A stretch of DNA of 45,842 nucleotides from Phycisphaerae bacterium (GCA_035530455.1 DATKUU010000172.1:1-45842); one strand, 5' to 3'. Counted from the first letter of the stretch, positions 8,608 to 18,393 are shown. The notes: a model not told the origin generated them from the sequence alone. Made by a program: numbers and translations.

Positions 8608-10587
8608 ATGGACCGCTTTGAACTCGTCTCCGATTTCGAGCCGAAGGGCGACCAGCCAGCGGCCATCGAGGCCCTCGTCGGCGGCCTGGAGGCCGGCAAG
8701 CGGTTCCAGACGCTTCTGGGCGTCACGGGAAGCGGCAAGACGTTTACGATGGCCAACGTCATCGCCCGCGTCCAGCGTCCGACGCTCGTCATCAGCCACA
8801 ACAAGACCCTCGCCGCCCAACTCTATAGCGAGTTCCGGGAGTTCTTCCCCTCGAGCGCCGTCGCCTATTTCGTTTCCTACTACGACTATTACCAGCCGGA
8901 GGCGTACATTCCGGCCCGCGACATCTACATCGAGAAGGACGCCTCCATCAACGACGACATTGACCGGCTGCGGCTCCAGGCCACGAGCGCCCTGGCCCGC
9001 CGGCGCGACGTCATCATCGTCGCCAGCGTCTCGTGCATTTACGGCCTGGGCAGCCCGAAGGACTACGCGGAGATGGTGGTGGACTTGAGCGTCGGCGATC
9101 CGGTGGAGCGCGACGACCTTCTGCGCCGGTTCGTGGACCTCCAGTACGAGCGGAACGACGTGGGGTTCGGGCGCGGCAAGTTTCGTGTCCGGGGCGACTG
9201 CGTGGACGTCCAGCCCGCCTACGAGCAGTTTGCCTATCGCATCGAGTTTTTCGGCGACCGCGTGGACCGCATCGCCCTCCTCAACCCGACGACCGGCGAA
9301 CTCCTCGGCGCCGAGGACTCGCTTTTCCTCTACCCGGCGAAGCACTTCGTCATGCCCGAGGAGCGCGTCGAACAGGCCTGCGCCTCCATTGAGGACGAGT
9401 TGACCGAGCGGCTGGCGGAACTGCGGCGCCAGGGCAAACTGCTGGAGGCCCAACGTCTGGAGGCCCGCACGAAGTACGACCTCGAGATGCTCCGCGAGGT
9501 CGGCTACTGCGCCGGCATCGAGAACTATAGCCGCCATCTCTCCGGCCGGGCGGCCGGCGAGCGGCCGTACTGTCTCCTCGATTACTTTCCCGACGATTAC
9601 CTCCTCTTCGTGGACGAGAGCCACGCCACCCTTCCTCAGATCCGCGCGATGTACGCCGGCGACCGCAGCCGAAAAGAAGTCCTGGTGGAGCATGGGTTCC
9701 GCTTGCCGTCGGCCCTGGACAACCGGCCGCTGCGGTTCGACGAGTGGCTCGGTCTGGTGCGTCAGGGGGTGTTTGTCTCGGCCACGCCCGACGACTGGGA
9801 GGTCGGTGAGTCGGGCGGCGAGGTGGTCGAGCAAATCATCCGCCCCACGGGCCTGGTGGATCCCGACATCCGCATCGAACCGGCCGGCGGCCAGGTGGAG
9901 CACCTCCTCGGCGAAATCCGGAAGCGCGCCCAGGACAACCAGCGCACGCTTGTGACGACCCTCACCAAGCGACTCGCCGAGGACCTCGCCGAGTACTTGC
10001 GCCGCGCGGGCGTCAAGTGCGAGTACCTCCACAGCGAAATCAAGGTCTTCGAGCGGAGCGAAATCCTGCGAGACCTCAGGCTCGGGAAGTTCGACGTGGT
10101 CGTCGGCATCAACCTCTTGCGCGAGGGCCTGGACTTGCCGGAGGTCAGCCTCGTCGCTATCCTCGATGCCGACCGCGAAGGGTTCCTTCGCTCGGAGACG
10201 AGCCTCTTGCAGACCATCGGCCGCTGTGCCCGCCACGCCAGCGCCCGCGTTATCCTCTATGCCGATACCGTGACGCCGAGCATGCAGAAAGCCATCGAAG
10301 AAACGGGCCGCCGCCGCGACGCGCAAGTAGCCTACAACCGCGCGCACGGCATCCGGCCGGAGACGATCCACAAAGCTGTCCGCGCCGGCATCGAGGCCGA
10401 GGTCCAGGGCCGCCGCACCGCACGCGAGGCCGTCCACCTGTCCGAACACCAGTTCGCCCGGTCCGAACTCGTCCGTGAACTTGAGGCCGAAATGCATCGC
10501 GCGGCCGAACGTCTCCAGTTTGAACGGGCCGCGCTCCTCCGCGACCGCATTGAAGGACTCCTCCATGAAACCCAAACGTCCCATTAA
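8608..10587 (+). CDS. uvrB: excinuclease ABC subunit B
   Basis: Full-length match by eye. It has [17 protein letters not shown], the Walker A motif [15 protein letters not shown], the helicase motifs, and the C-terminal UVR domain ([15 protein letters not shown]). Confidence 0.97.
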   Translation: MDRFELVSDFEPKGDQPAAIEALVGGLEAGKRFQTLLGVTGSGKTFTMANVIARVQRPTLVISHNKTLAAQLYSEFREFFPSSAVAYFVSYYDYYQPEAYIPARDIYIEKDASINDDIDRLRLQATSALARRRDVIIVASVSCIYGLGSPKDYAEMVVDLSVGDPVERDDLLRRFVDLQYERNDVGFGRGKFRVRGDCVDVQPAYEQFAYRIEFFGDRVDRIALLNPTTGELLGAEDSLFLYPAKHFVMPEERVEQACASIEDELTERLAELRRQGKLLEAQRLEARTKYDLEMLREVGYCAGIENYSRHLSGRAAGERPYCLLDYFPDDYLLFVDESHATLPQIRAMYAGDRSRKEVLVEHGFRLPSALDNRPLRFDEWLGLVRQGVFVSATPDDWEVGESGGEVVEQIIRPTGLVDPDIRIEPAGGQVEHLLGEIRKRAQDNQRTLVTTLTKRLAEDLAEYLRRAGVKCEYLHSEIKVFERSEILRDLRLGKFDVVVGINLLREGLDLPEVSLVAILDADREGFLRSETSLLQTIGRCARHASARVILYADTVTPSMQKAIEETGRRRDAQVAYNRAHGIRPETIHKAVRAGIEAEVQGRRTAREAVHLSEHQFARSELVRELEAEMHRAAERLQFERAALLRDRIEGLLHETQTSH

Positions 10588-10597
10588 CACTATCCCC

Positions 10598-11485
10598 ATG
10601 GAGCGACTCAAACGCCTCGCGCTGGAAAGCCTCCAGCCGCTGCTCACCCTTGCCCTCGACGAGGACATCGGCCCGGGCGACCTGACGACCGACGTCCTCA
10701 TTGACACCCAGGCCGAGGCCGAGGGGCGGCTCCTGGCGTGTGCCGACGGCGTCGTCGCGGGGTTGCTCTTTGTCACGCCCATCCTCCATCGCGTCCACAC
10801 AGGCCTGCGCTTTAAGCCCCTCGTCCGCGACGGCGCCCGCGTCCGCGCCGCCAAACTCCTCGGGCGCATCAGCGGCCCGGTCCGCCCGCTCCTGACGGCC
10901 GAGCGGACCATGCTCAATTTCGTCCAGGGCCTCTCCGGCATCGCCACCCTGACGCGCCGATACGTGGATGCCGTCAAGGGCACCGGCGCCGTCATCCTCG
11001 ACACGCGCAAGACCACTCCCGGATGGCGCTACATCGAAAAGTACGCCGTCCGTGTCGCCGGTGGTGTCAACCATCGCACCGGCCTGCACGACGGCGTCCT
11101 CATCAAGGACAACCACCTGGCCGTCCGCGCGCCGAACCACGGCGGCGAGACCATCGCCGAACTCGTGCGCGAAGCACGCCGACGCATCTCACCCGAAATC
11201 CCTATCCAGGTCGAAGCCGAACGCACCGATTACCTCGAGGAAATCCTCAAGGCCGGGCCCGACGTCGTCCTCCTGGACAATATGGATTTGGAAAGCCTGC
11301 GCCGGGCCGTTGCCCTGCGCGACCGAATTTTCGGCAACGCGGGACCCGCCCTCGAGGCGTCCGGCGGCATCACGTTGGCCAACGTCCGCCAGGTCGCCGA
11401 GACCGGCGTGGACCGCATCAGCATCGGCGCCCTGACGCACAGCGCCCCCATCCTCGACCTCTCGCTGGAGATCCACCGGGCCTGA
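10598..11485 (+). CDS. nadC: nicotinate-nucleotide diphosphorylase (quinolinate phosphoribosyltransferase)
   Basis: Motifs EDIGPGDLTTD, AERTMLNFVQGLSGIATLTRRYV, ILDTRKTTPGWRYIEKYAVRVAGGVNHRTGLHDGVLIKDNH. ATG 10598 was chosen. The in-frame ATG 10565 would overlap the uvrB stop by 23 nt. Confidence 0.92.
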   Translation: MERLKRLALESLQPLLTLALDEDIGPGDLTTDVLIDTQAEAEGRLLACADGVVAGLLFVTPILHRVHTGLRFKPLVRDGARVRAAKLLGRISGPVRPLLTAERTMLNFVQGLSGIATLTRRYVDAVKGTGAVILDTRKTTPGWRYIEKYAVRVAGGVNHRTGLHDGVLIKDNHLAVRAPNHGGETIAELVREARRRISPEIPIQVEAERTDYLEEILKAGPDVVLLDNMDLESLRRAVALRDRIFGNAGPALEASGGITLANVRQVAETGVDRISIGALTHSAPILDLSLEIHRA

Positions 11486-11498
11486 CACCGGGGGTGCG

Positions 11499-11538
11499 CG
11501 CCGTTTACGTTTAGCCGTCGCCGTTCACGCTTAGCCGC
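11499..11538 (+). repeat. 2 x 20-nt tandem direct repeat upstream of birA
   Basis: CGCCGTTTACGTTTAGCCGT (11499-11518) is followed directly by CGCCGTTCACGCTTAGCCGC (11519-11538), with 3 T/C differences. The perfect 16-nt palindrome TCCCGGCGCGCCGGGA follows at 11541-11556. Confidence 0.8.
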
Positions 11539-11588
11539 GATCCCGGCGCGCCGGGAGAGCGCGCCTTCCGACCGGAAAGGGGCTTCGC

Positions 11589-12572
11589 ATGGACCCTCGC
11601 GTCTCCTTGGCGCTTCGTCGGCGGGGCGGCCGGCCCATACAGCCGGAGGAACTCGCCCAGGCCCTGCATTGGTCGCGCCGCCAGGTGGATAAGGCGCTGG
11701 CGGCTCTCCAGGAGGCGGGGTTCGCCCTGGAGTCCCATCCGATGCTCGGTGTGCATCTGGCGGGAGTCCCCGAGAGCCTGTCGCAAGCCGAAATCGCCTG
11801 CGACCTGGACGTCGCTCGCATCGGCCGCCGCGTTGTGTGCGCTCGCGCGACCGACTCGACCAACGATTTGGCGTGGGAGGCGGCCGGCGAGGGCCGCGAT
11901 GCCGCCGACGGCCTAGCCGTCTTTGCCGAGCAGCAGTCGCAGGGTAGGGGGCGCCGCGGGACGCGATGGCTCGCGCCGCCCCACAGTTCCATCCTCTGCT
12001 CGGTCCTCGTGTGGTGGCCGGCGGGGGGCGCGGAGGCCGCCCTCCTGACGCGCGCCGCAGCCGTAGCCGCCGCCGACGCCGTCGAGGAACTCTCGGACCT
12101 GGACGTCGGCATCAAGTGGCCGAATGACGTCGTTGTGGACGACCGCAAAGTCGGTGGGATCCTGGTGGAGGTGCGAGGGGGCGGGGAAGCGGAAGCCCCC
12201 GCCGTCGTCGGCATCGGACTGAACTGCTGCCAGGGCCCGGAAGCGTTCCCGCCGTCCATCCGGCCCGGGGCCGCCAGCCTGGCGATGCTCGGCGCGGAGG
12301 TGGACCGGACGCTCCTCGCTCGCGCGCTCCTCGCGCGCCTCGACCGCCGGTTTGCCGAGGCCGTCGAGCGGCCGGACGACGTCCGCCGCGCCGCCGCCGC
12401 CAGGTGCCGGACCATCGGCCGGGAAGTGGGAATCGTCGAGGGCGCCGCGACCTACCGCGGCACCGTCGCCGACCTCGATGCGGACTATGGCCTGATAGTG
12501 CGCCTCGCCGACGGATCGCTCCGGCGATTCGGCGCCTTCATCGCCCATGTCGGCCAACCGGAGAACCTCTGA
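11589..12572 (+). CDS. birA: bifunctional biotin-[acetyl-CoA-carboxylase] ligase / biotin operon repressor
   Basis: N-terminal winged-HTH (IQPEELAQALHWSRRQVDKALAALQEAGFALES). Catalytic core motifs AEQQSQGRGRRGTRW and VGIKWPNDVVVDDRKVGGILVE. Confidence 0.9.
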   Translation: MDPRVSLALRRRGGRPIQPEELAQALHWSRRQVDKALAALQEAGFALESHPMLGVHLAGVPESLSQAEIACDLDVARIGRRVVCARATDSTNDLAWEAAGEGRDAADGLAVFAEQQSQGRGRRGTRWLAPPHSSILCSVLVWWPAGGAEAALLTRAAAVAAADAVEELSDLDVGIKWPNDVVVDDRKVGGILVEVRGGGEAEAPAVVGIGLNCCQGPEAFPPSIRPGAASLAMLGAEVDRTLLARALLARLDRRFAEAVERPDDVRRAAAARCRTIGREVGIVEGAATYRGTVADLDADYGLIVRLADGSLRRFGAFIAHVGQPENL

Positions 12573-12638
12573 ACCCCGCGCTCGTCCCCCCGTTCGCCGC
12601 CCACGAATCCGCCCCGCGCGCCGTTTCCGGCGCGGGTG

Positions 12639-12663
12639 GCACTGGCGGCTTGCCCGCCAGTGC
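12639..12663 (+). terminator. strong hairpin after birA (possible terminator, no U-tract)
   Basis: Perfect 10-bp stem GCACTGGCGG / CCGCCAGTGC with loop CTTGC, 67 nt after the birA stop. It is followed by ACAAAATT rather than a T-run. Confidence 0.35.
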
Positions 12664-12690
12664 ACAAAATTCCGGAGTTCCGTGGGAGTT

Positions 12691-12902
12691 CCGGTGACAT
12701 AGAACTTAATTGGATTGACTCAAGAAGGTCAGCGGGGTAGCGTGCGGTTATGACCCGTCTGGCCCGAGTGGTAGTCGAAGGAATGCCGTACCCCATCACC
12801 CTGAGCTTCGTAACCGATCCGGAACAGCGCCTGTCCCGTCCGCTCTCCCCCCGCAAGCCGGGGCCGAAGCCGGGAATGAGGAGATAAGTTCTATGTTACC
12901 GG
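12691..12902 (+). mobile_element. MITE-like element carrying an internally deleted Y1 (IS200/RAYT, COG1943-type) transposase relic
   Basis: 18-bp terminal inverted repeats CCGGTGACATAGAACTTA (12691-12708) and TAAGTTCTATGTTACCGG (12885-12902), 1 mismatch. The internal 45-codon ORF 12750-12887 reads MTRLARVVVEGMPYPITLSFVTDPEQRLSRPLSPRKPGPKPGMRR. Its ends resemble the N-terminus (RLARVVVPG.PHH.TQRG) and C-terminus (GRPL.P.KPGPKPK) of COG1943 transposases as I recall them. Confidence 0.5.
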
Positions 12903-13035
12903 GAATTGCCGTCCCGGCGCGCCGGGACTACGCCGTGGCAAAAGGCAAAAGGCAATGACCAAGAGGAAGGCAAGGGAGAGGCTATGAGAACTGCAAGGCG
13001 GTGGGTGGGTCTGGTGGGGTGCAGCATAAAAAAGT

Positions 13036-14679
13036 GGGTAACCGTTCACGGCCTTGTGGCCGGCCAGGCTAACGTTGAGCCTTATCAGTAGTATGTACGC
13101 CCCCCCCCCCCGCACAATAGCAAGGAAAAAATCCAGAAAAGAAAGATGGACGTGTGCCTGCCGACAGTCCGATAAGTATTCCAAATCCACCCGCACGCTT
13201 CCGCGAGTTCGACCATGGAACCGGACCACCGGCAAATCATCCGCCAGCAGGCCGAGACCATCCGGCGACAAGAGCAGATCATCGCGCGGCAGCAGGCGCG
13301 CATCGCCGAGTTGGAGCAACGGGTCGCCCAACTGACGGCCCGGGTTGAGGAACTGTCGGCCCAGGTGGCCCAGTTGTCGAAGAACTCCTCCACCAGTTCC
13401 AAGCCCCCTTCCAGCGACATTGTCAAGCCGCCCAAGCCGCCGGCCCCGACGGGCGGCCGGCGTCACATCGGCGGCCAGCCGGGACACCGGCGGCATGAAC
13501 GCCTCCCCTTCGCCCCAGACCAGATCGACCACCTGGCTGATTATCGCTTGGACCGCTGCCCCGACTGCGGGGCTCGTCTGCGGCCGATGAAGCGGCCACC
13601 GCGGACGCTCCAGCAGGTGGAGATTCCGGAGGTGCCCCTGACCGTCACCGAGCACCAGGCCCACGCCGCCTGGTGCCCGCGCTGCCAGAGAATCCACTAC
13701 GCCCCGTTGCCGCCGGAAGTGCAAGCGGCCGGCCTGGTCGGCCCGCGGCTCTCGGCCCTGGTGGCCTGGCTCAAGGGGACCGGCCACGGCTCGTTCTCGA
13801 CCCTTGCCAAGTTTTGCCGCGACGTGCTGGGGCTCAGCCTCTCGCGGGGGCAGTTGGCCAAGGTGATCGCCAAGACCAGCGCGGCCATGCAGACGGCTTA
13901 CGAGGCCCTGGCGGCCCGGCTGCCCGAGGAGCCGCGGCTGAACGTGGACGAGACGGGCCACAAGGAAAACGGGCGCGGGCTGTGGACTTGGTGTTTCCGG
14001 GCCGAGCCTTACACGCTCTTTCGGATCGCCCCGTCGCGCGGCTCGCAGGTCCTGGTCGACCTTCTGGGCCGGGAGTTTGCCGGGGTGCTGGGCTGCGACT
14101 ACTTCTCGGCCTATCGCAAGTACATGGGCGACTTCGACGTGCTGGTGCAGTTCTGCCTGGCCCACCTGATCCGCGACGTGAAGTTCCTGACCACGCTGCC
14201 GGACCGGGTGACGGCCGCCTACGGCCGGCGGCTGCTGGCGGCCCTGCGGCGCCTGTTCCAGGTGATTCACCGGCGAGAACGGATGGACGCCGTGCGTTTT
14301 CAGCGAACCCTGGAGCGCGCCCGGGACCAGGTGCTGGCCGTGGGCCAGCGCGCCCCGCCGCGCGCGGAGGCCCGGAACCTGGCCGAACGGTTCCGTTGGC
14401 ACGGCCGCGACTACTTCCGCTTCATCACCACGCCGGGGCTGGAGCCGACCAACAACCTGGCCGAACGGGCCATCCGCTTTGTGGTCCAGGACCGCCACGT
14501 CACCCAGGGCACCCGGAGCGAACGCGGTCGCCGCTGGTGTGAACGCATCTGGACGGCCACCGCGACCTGCGCCCAGCAGGGCCGCAGCGTCTTCGACTAC
14601 CTGCATCAGACCCTCCTGGCCCACTTCGCCCATCAACCCACCCCCACCCACTTACCCGCCGGGCCGTGAACGGTTACCC
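13036..14679 (+). mobile_element. IS66-family insertion sequence (single-ORF type)
   Basis: Perfect 18-bp terminal inverted repeats GGGTAACCGTTCACGGCC (13036-13053) and GGCCGTGAACGGTTACCC (14662-14679) bracket one transposase ORF. The GTAA-start ends resemble the IS66 GTAAGCG-type termini. No flanking 8-bp direct repeat was found. Confidence 0.85.
13215..14669 (+). CDS. IS66-family transposase
   Basis: N-terminal leucine-zipper-like region (IARQQARIAELEQRVAQLTARVEELSAQVAQL) and SKNSSTSSKPPSSD. Zinc-finger CPDCG...CPRCQ. DDE core NVDETGHKENGRGLWTWCF...LGCDYFSAYRKY...FCLAHLIRDVKF. C-terminal LEPTNNLAERAIR. Confidence 0.9.
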   Translation: MEPDHRQIIRQQAETIRRQEQIIARQQARIAELEQRVAQLTARVEELSAQVAQLSKNSSTSSKPPSSDIVKPPKPPAPTGGRRHIGGQPGHRRHERLPFAPDQIDHLADYRLDRCPDCGARLRPMKRPPRTLQQVEIPEVPLTVTEHQAHAAWCPRCQRIHYAPLPPEVQAAGLVGPRLSALVAWLKGTGHGSFSTLAKFCRDVLGLSLSRGQLAKVIAKTSAAMQTAYEALAARLPEEPRLNVDETGHKENGRGLWTWCFRAEPYTLFRIAPSRGSQVLVDLLGREFAGVLGCDYFSAYRKYMGDFDVLVQFCLAHLIRDVKFLTTLPDRVTAAYGRRLLAALRRLFQVIHRRERMDAVRFQRTLERARDQVLAVGQRAPPRAEARNLAERFRWHGRDYFRFITTPGLEPTNNLAERAIRFVVQDRHVTQGTRSERGRRWCERIWTATATCAQQGRSVFDYLHQTLLAHFAHQPTPTHLPAGP

Positions 14680-17304
14680 CTAGCCCTCAGCGGCTCGTCG
14701 GCGAAATACCTGGCTCGGACACTCAACCAAAGCGGCGGCGCGACACTCACCGGCAGCAGCCTGTCGAGCGCCGCCGGCGCCGTGCCAGTCTTCAACAACC
14801 TCGCCGGGGCGATGTTCGACGTGCAGGCGGATTACGGTCTCGCCGGCACGGAGGCCGCCACGTTCAACAACGCCGGCACGTTCAAGAAATCCGCAGGGAC
14901 CGCCACGACGAGCATCACAAGCGCCTGGACGTTCAACAACACGGGGCTTTTCGAGGTGCAAAGCGGCACGGTCAGCGCGGCGGGTCCGTTCAACAACAGC
15001 GGCACGGTGGACGTGTGGGCGGGACGGACGCTCACTCTGTCCGGAGGGGGTACGTCCAGCGGGGGGTTCGTCCTGGGAAGCGGGGCAGCGCTCCAATTCA
15101 CGGGCGGCGAACACGCCTTCAACACAGGGGCCACGGTCACCGGCGGCGCGATGACCGCAAGCGCAGGGACTTTGCGGTTCGACGGAACTACCCTTCTGAG
15201 CCTCCCCGTTGCATTCAGCGGGGGGACGTGGACGGGGGGCGGAGCAGTGACCGCCGAGGCCCTGTCGTGGACAGGCGGCACCATGACCGGGACGGGAACG
15301 ACGGAGGTTCCGGCTGACCGGTCTTTGAGCATCAGCGGGTCGTCAACCAAGTCTCTTGGGAGGACAATCACGAGCGGGGGAATGGTCACGTTTATGCCGA
15401 GCACGAACCTGTCCAGCGCGGCGGGCGGCAGCGGGGCGGTGATCAACAACCTGGCCGGAGGCATGTTCGACGTGCAGGTCAATTACGGCCTGGACGGTAC
15501 CGCGCCGGCGGTCTTCAACAACGCTGGCACGTTCAAGAAATCCGCGGGCACGAGCACGACGACCATCGGCAGTGCCTGGACGTTCAACAATACGGGCATA
15601 TTTCAGGTACAGACCGGTGCGCTGTCCGTTGCGGGTCCTTTTAATAACACCGGAACCGTGGAGGCTGCGGCAGGAACCACGTTGAGACTCTCTGGGGGCG
15701 GCACGTCGAACGGTGCCTTTACGGTCGCCACGAACGCGAGTCTCGACTTCGCCGGAGACCATCTGCTCCGGGCAGGGGTCACGGTTACCGGTGCGGGCAG
15801 CGCAACGTTCAGTGGGGGTACGACCACGCTGAACGGCTTGTGCTCTGTGGCAGGCGGCATTACGATCAGCGGCGGAATAGTGAACTTCGACACTCCCTGG
15901 GGGCTGAGCGGCACGGCCATCCGCTTGTCGAGCGGCACGATTGCCGGTAACCAGCCGCTGGTGAACGACACATCTTTCACGGGTTACGGTACAATCGGAG
16001 GCAACGCCGGATTTACCAACCGAGCGCTCCTTTCGGTCACTTCCGGCAGTCTCACCCTTTCCAATACGGGCAGCAACTCCAACATGGGGACGGTCACCCT
16101 AGGGACCGGAATGCAACTGCGCCTGACGGGTGGCCCGCTCGGGAACGCAGGGACGTTCAACCTTAATTCCGGTGTCGTCGCGGGGACGGCAGCCTTTGCC
16201 AATATCACCGGGGGCACGCTGAACGGAGGCGGGACGATCCTTTCCCCCTTCAGCAACACCGGCGGAACGGTGCGCGTAGCGTCTGACACGCTGAACATCG
16301 CCGAAGCCTTCTCGAACACGGGGCTGATCCGCATCGAAGCCGGGATGGGACTGGCGGGCGGCGCAATGTCAAATCTGGGCACCATCCAGGGGGACGGAAG
16401 CATCGCCAATGCCGTGATCAACCACGGGCAAATCGAATGCAGCGATGGGATACTTCTGTTCGGCGGGCCCGTCACCAACACATCGAGCGGTTCTGTCACG
16501 GCGGGGGCAGGAGGCAAGGTCCTCTTCAACGCCGCCGTGGCAGCCAATCAGGGAGCCCTGCATCTGTCCGGCGGAACGTTCCAGTTTGCGCAGGCGTTCA
16601 TCAACGGTAGTTCGGGGAGAATCAGCGGGCGCGGGACGCTACTGTTTGGCGGAGGTATGACCAACGAGGGTCTGATGCAGTTTTCGGGCGGGCTGACCGA
16701 CATCCGCGGTCCCGTCAGTCTGACCGGGGGGATCACCGGCGGCAAAGTCATTAACTCGGGCACGGGGAACCTCGTGACCTTATACGACCGGATCATGCAC
16801 AATGGCGCCGAGATACGAACATCGGCCACCAATACGACGGTTTTCTTTGGAGACGTGAGCGGAACGGGCGGATTTACCGGCGGCGGTACCGTCCGCTTTG
16901 AGGGGACGTATTCCCCTGGGGGAAGCGCGGCTGAGGTCTTGTTTGAGGGAGACGCCGAGTTTGCGAAAGGCTCGTGGCTCCTTATGGAAATCGGCGGGAG
17001 GACACCGGGAACCGAATACGACGTCATCCGCGTTTTGGGCAACCTCTCGTTGGCCTGCTCGCTTGAGATGACACTGATCGACGGGTTTGGACCGCGGTTT
17101 GGCGACAGGTTCGACCTTTTTGACTGGGGAACGCTCTCGGGCACCTTTGAAACCGTTCGTCTCCCGACCCTCAATGGCCCCCTGACGTGGGACACATCCT
17201 CACTGTACGCGACGGGCGAGATTGCGGTCATGCCCGAGCCCTCGACGCTGTTCCTCTTGGCCTTAGGCGGCCTGGGCGTTCTATCTCGCCGCAGAGGGAA
17301 GTAG
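14680..17304 (+). pseudogene. PEP-CTERM-anchored repetitive beta-helix/adhesin-like surface protein, 5' end removed by the IS66 element
   Basis: The reading frame runs straight out of the IS right end and begins in the middle of a repeat unit (compare LSGSSAKYLARTLNQSGG with the later ISGSSTKSLGRTITSGG). No signal peptide or start codon is available. Gly/Thr/Asn/Ser-rich repeats (FNNAGTFKKSAGT..TS.WTFNNTG). The C-terminus VMPEPSTLFLLALGGLGVLSRRRGK is a PEP-CTERM sorting signal (PEP at 17233-17241). Confidence 0.65.
14690..15760 (+). repeat. internal tandem duplication (period 651 nt = 217 codons) inside the PEP-CTERM gene
   Basis: TTCAACAACGCCGGCACGTTCAAGAAATCCGC at 14863 recurs as TTCAACAACGCTGGCACGTTCAAGAAATCCGC at 15514. 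The surrounding roughly 400 nt align with many substitutions. The boundaries given are approximate. Confidence 0.75.
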
Positions 17305-17616
17305 CCAATCACACTCACGAGGCGGGCGGCGTTGGGTGGGTCGCTCGATTCCTTGCCGCCAGCCGCGCCGAGGGTCTACATCTGGTACCATTTCGGCTTC
17401 CGGACTGAAGTCCTTTGCTTGCCTCCGGCGCGCGTGGGGGAATAGTAGGCGATAGGAATGGCCGGGCGGTCCGTGGGTTGATCACCTGCGGGCCGTAGCC
17501 GAGAAGACCAAGGCTGTGCAGGAGCCTGCATCCTCTGCACGTTATTTTGCCTGTGCAACCACACAATGGACGAATTGCCGACCGTCCGAACCGGCCAGAT
17601 GCTATCATCAAGGGGT

Positions 17617-18393
17617 ATGGACCCCGCATCGATATTCCGCATCGGCACGAGCGGCTACTCGTTTCCTGACTGGGTGGGTCCGTTCTATCCGCCCGGCACG
17701 CGGCGGCAGGAGATGTTCGCCCAGTACGTGCGGCAGTTCCGCACGGTCGAACTCAACTACACCTTCTACCGGATGCCCGCAGCCCGGACGCTGGAACGGT
17801 TGGTCCAGGCCAGCCCGCCGGACTTTCTGTTCTGGGTCAAGGCCAACCAGCGGACGACCCACGAGCATGACCGCACGGCGGCAGCGGAGTTCCTGGCGAA
17901 CCTGGAGCCGCTGCGCGCCGGCAGACGACTGGCCGGGGTCTTGATGCAGTTCCCGCAGAACTTCCATCGGACGGTGGCCAACCGCCAGGTGCTTCGGGAT
18001 ACGGTGGAGGATTTCAAGGCCGTGCCGCTGGCCGTGGAGTTCCGGCACGGGTCCTGGGACCACCCGGCCACCTACGAGGGGCTGCGCGAGCGCGGCCTGA
18101 CGCTGGTGGTGCCCGACGTGCCGCCGCTGGGGGACCTGTTTCATCCCGAAGCGACCGTGACCAGCCGCATAGGCTATTTGCGGCTGCATTCCCGAAATGC
18201 CGCTCAGTGGTACGCCGGGGGCGTCCAGCGGTACGACTACGATTACAGCGACGCGGAGTTGACGGCCATCCGCGGGGTGTGGAACCCGCTGGCCGAGTGG
18301 GCGGATTGCGTCTTCGTGTTCTTCAACAACTGCCGTCATGGCCAGGCGGCCAAGAACGCGCGGCGGTTCGCCGAGATCACCCAGGCTGGATAG
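17617..18393 (+). CDS. DUF72 (UPF0759, YecE-like) family protein
   Basis: MDPASIFRIGTSGYSFPDWVGPFYPPGTRRQEMFAQYVRQFRTVELNYTFYRMP matches the DUF72 N-terminal signature. ATG 17617 is preceded by AAGGGG. TGcTATCAT (17600-17608) is an extended -10-like box just upstream. Confidence 0.85.
   Translation: MDPASIFRIGTSGYSFPDWVGPFYPPGTRRQEMFAQYVRQFRTVELNYTFYRMPAARTLERLVQASPPDFLFWVKANQRTTHEHDRTAAAEFLANLEPLRAGRRLAGVLMQFPQNFHRTVANRQVLRDTVEDFKAVPLAVEFRHGSWDHPATYEGLRERGLTLVVPDVPPLGDLFHPEATVTSRIGYLRLHSRNAAQWYAGGVQRYDYDYSDAELTAIRGVWNPLAEWADCVFVFFNNCRHGQAAKNARRFAEITQAG

Noticed and set aside
8425-11016. 863-aa minus-strand ORF over uvrB and nadC
   Set aside because: It lies opposite two unambiguous housekeeping genes and has a low-complexity translation.
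11499-11538. Tandem repeat upstream of birA as a CRISPR array or a BirA operator
   Set aside because: There are only two units and no spacers, so it is not a CRISPR array. The units are direct rather than inverted, unlike known bioO operators. It is kept only as an unexplained repeat.
12984-13035. MRTARRWVGLVGCSIKKW as the original N-terminus of the PEP-CTERM protein
   Set aside because: The sequence is not signal-peptide-like. Its frame does not join the adhesin frame after removing the 1644-bp IS (with or without an 8-bp duplication). The adhesin also starts mid-repeat, implying that more sequence is missing.
12891-14651. 586-aa minus-strand ORF over the IS66 element
   Set aside because: It is antisense to a transposase with all IS66 hallmarks and extends beyond the left IR, which a real IS gene would not do.
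14479-14679. Start of the 941-aa track ORF inside the IS66 element
   Set aside because: The first 67 codons are read-through of the transposase 3' end and the right IR in another frame. The adhesin-like sequence only begins after the IS boundary, so the ORF start is an artefact of the insertion.
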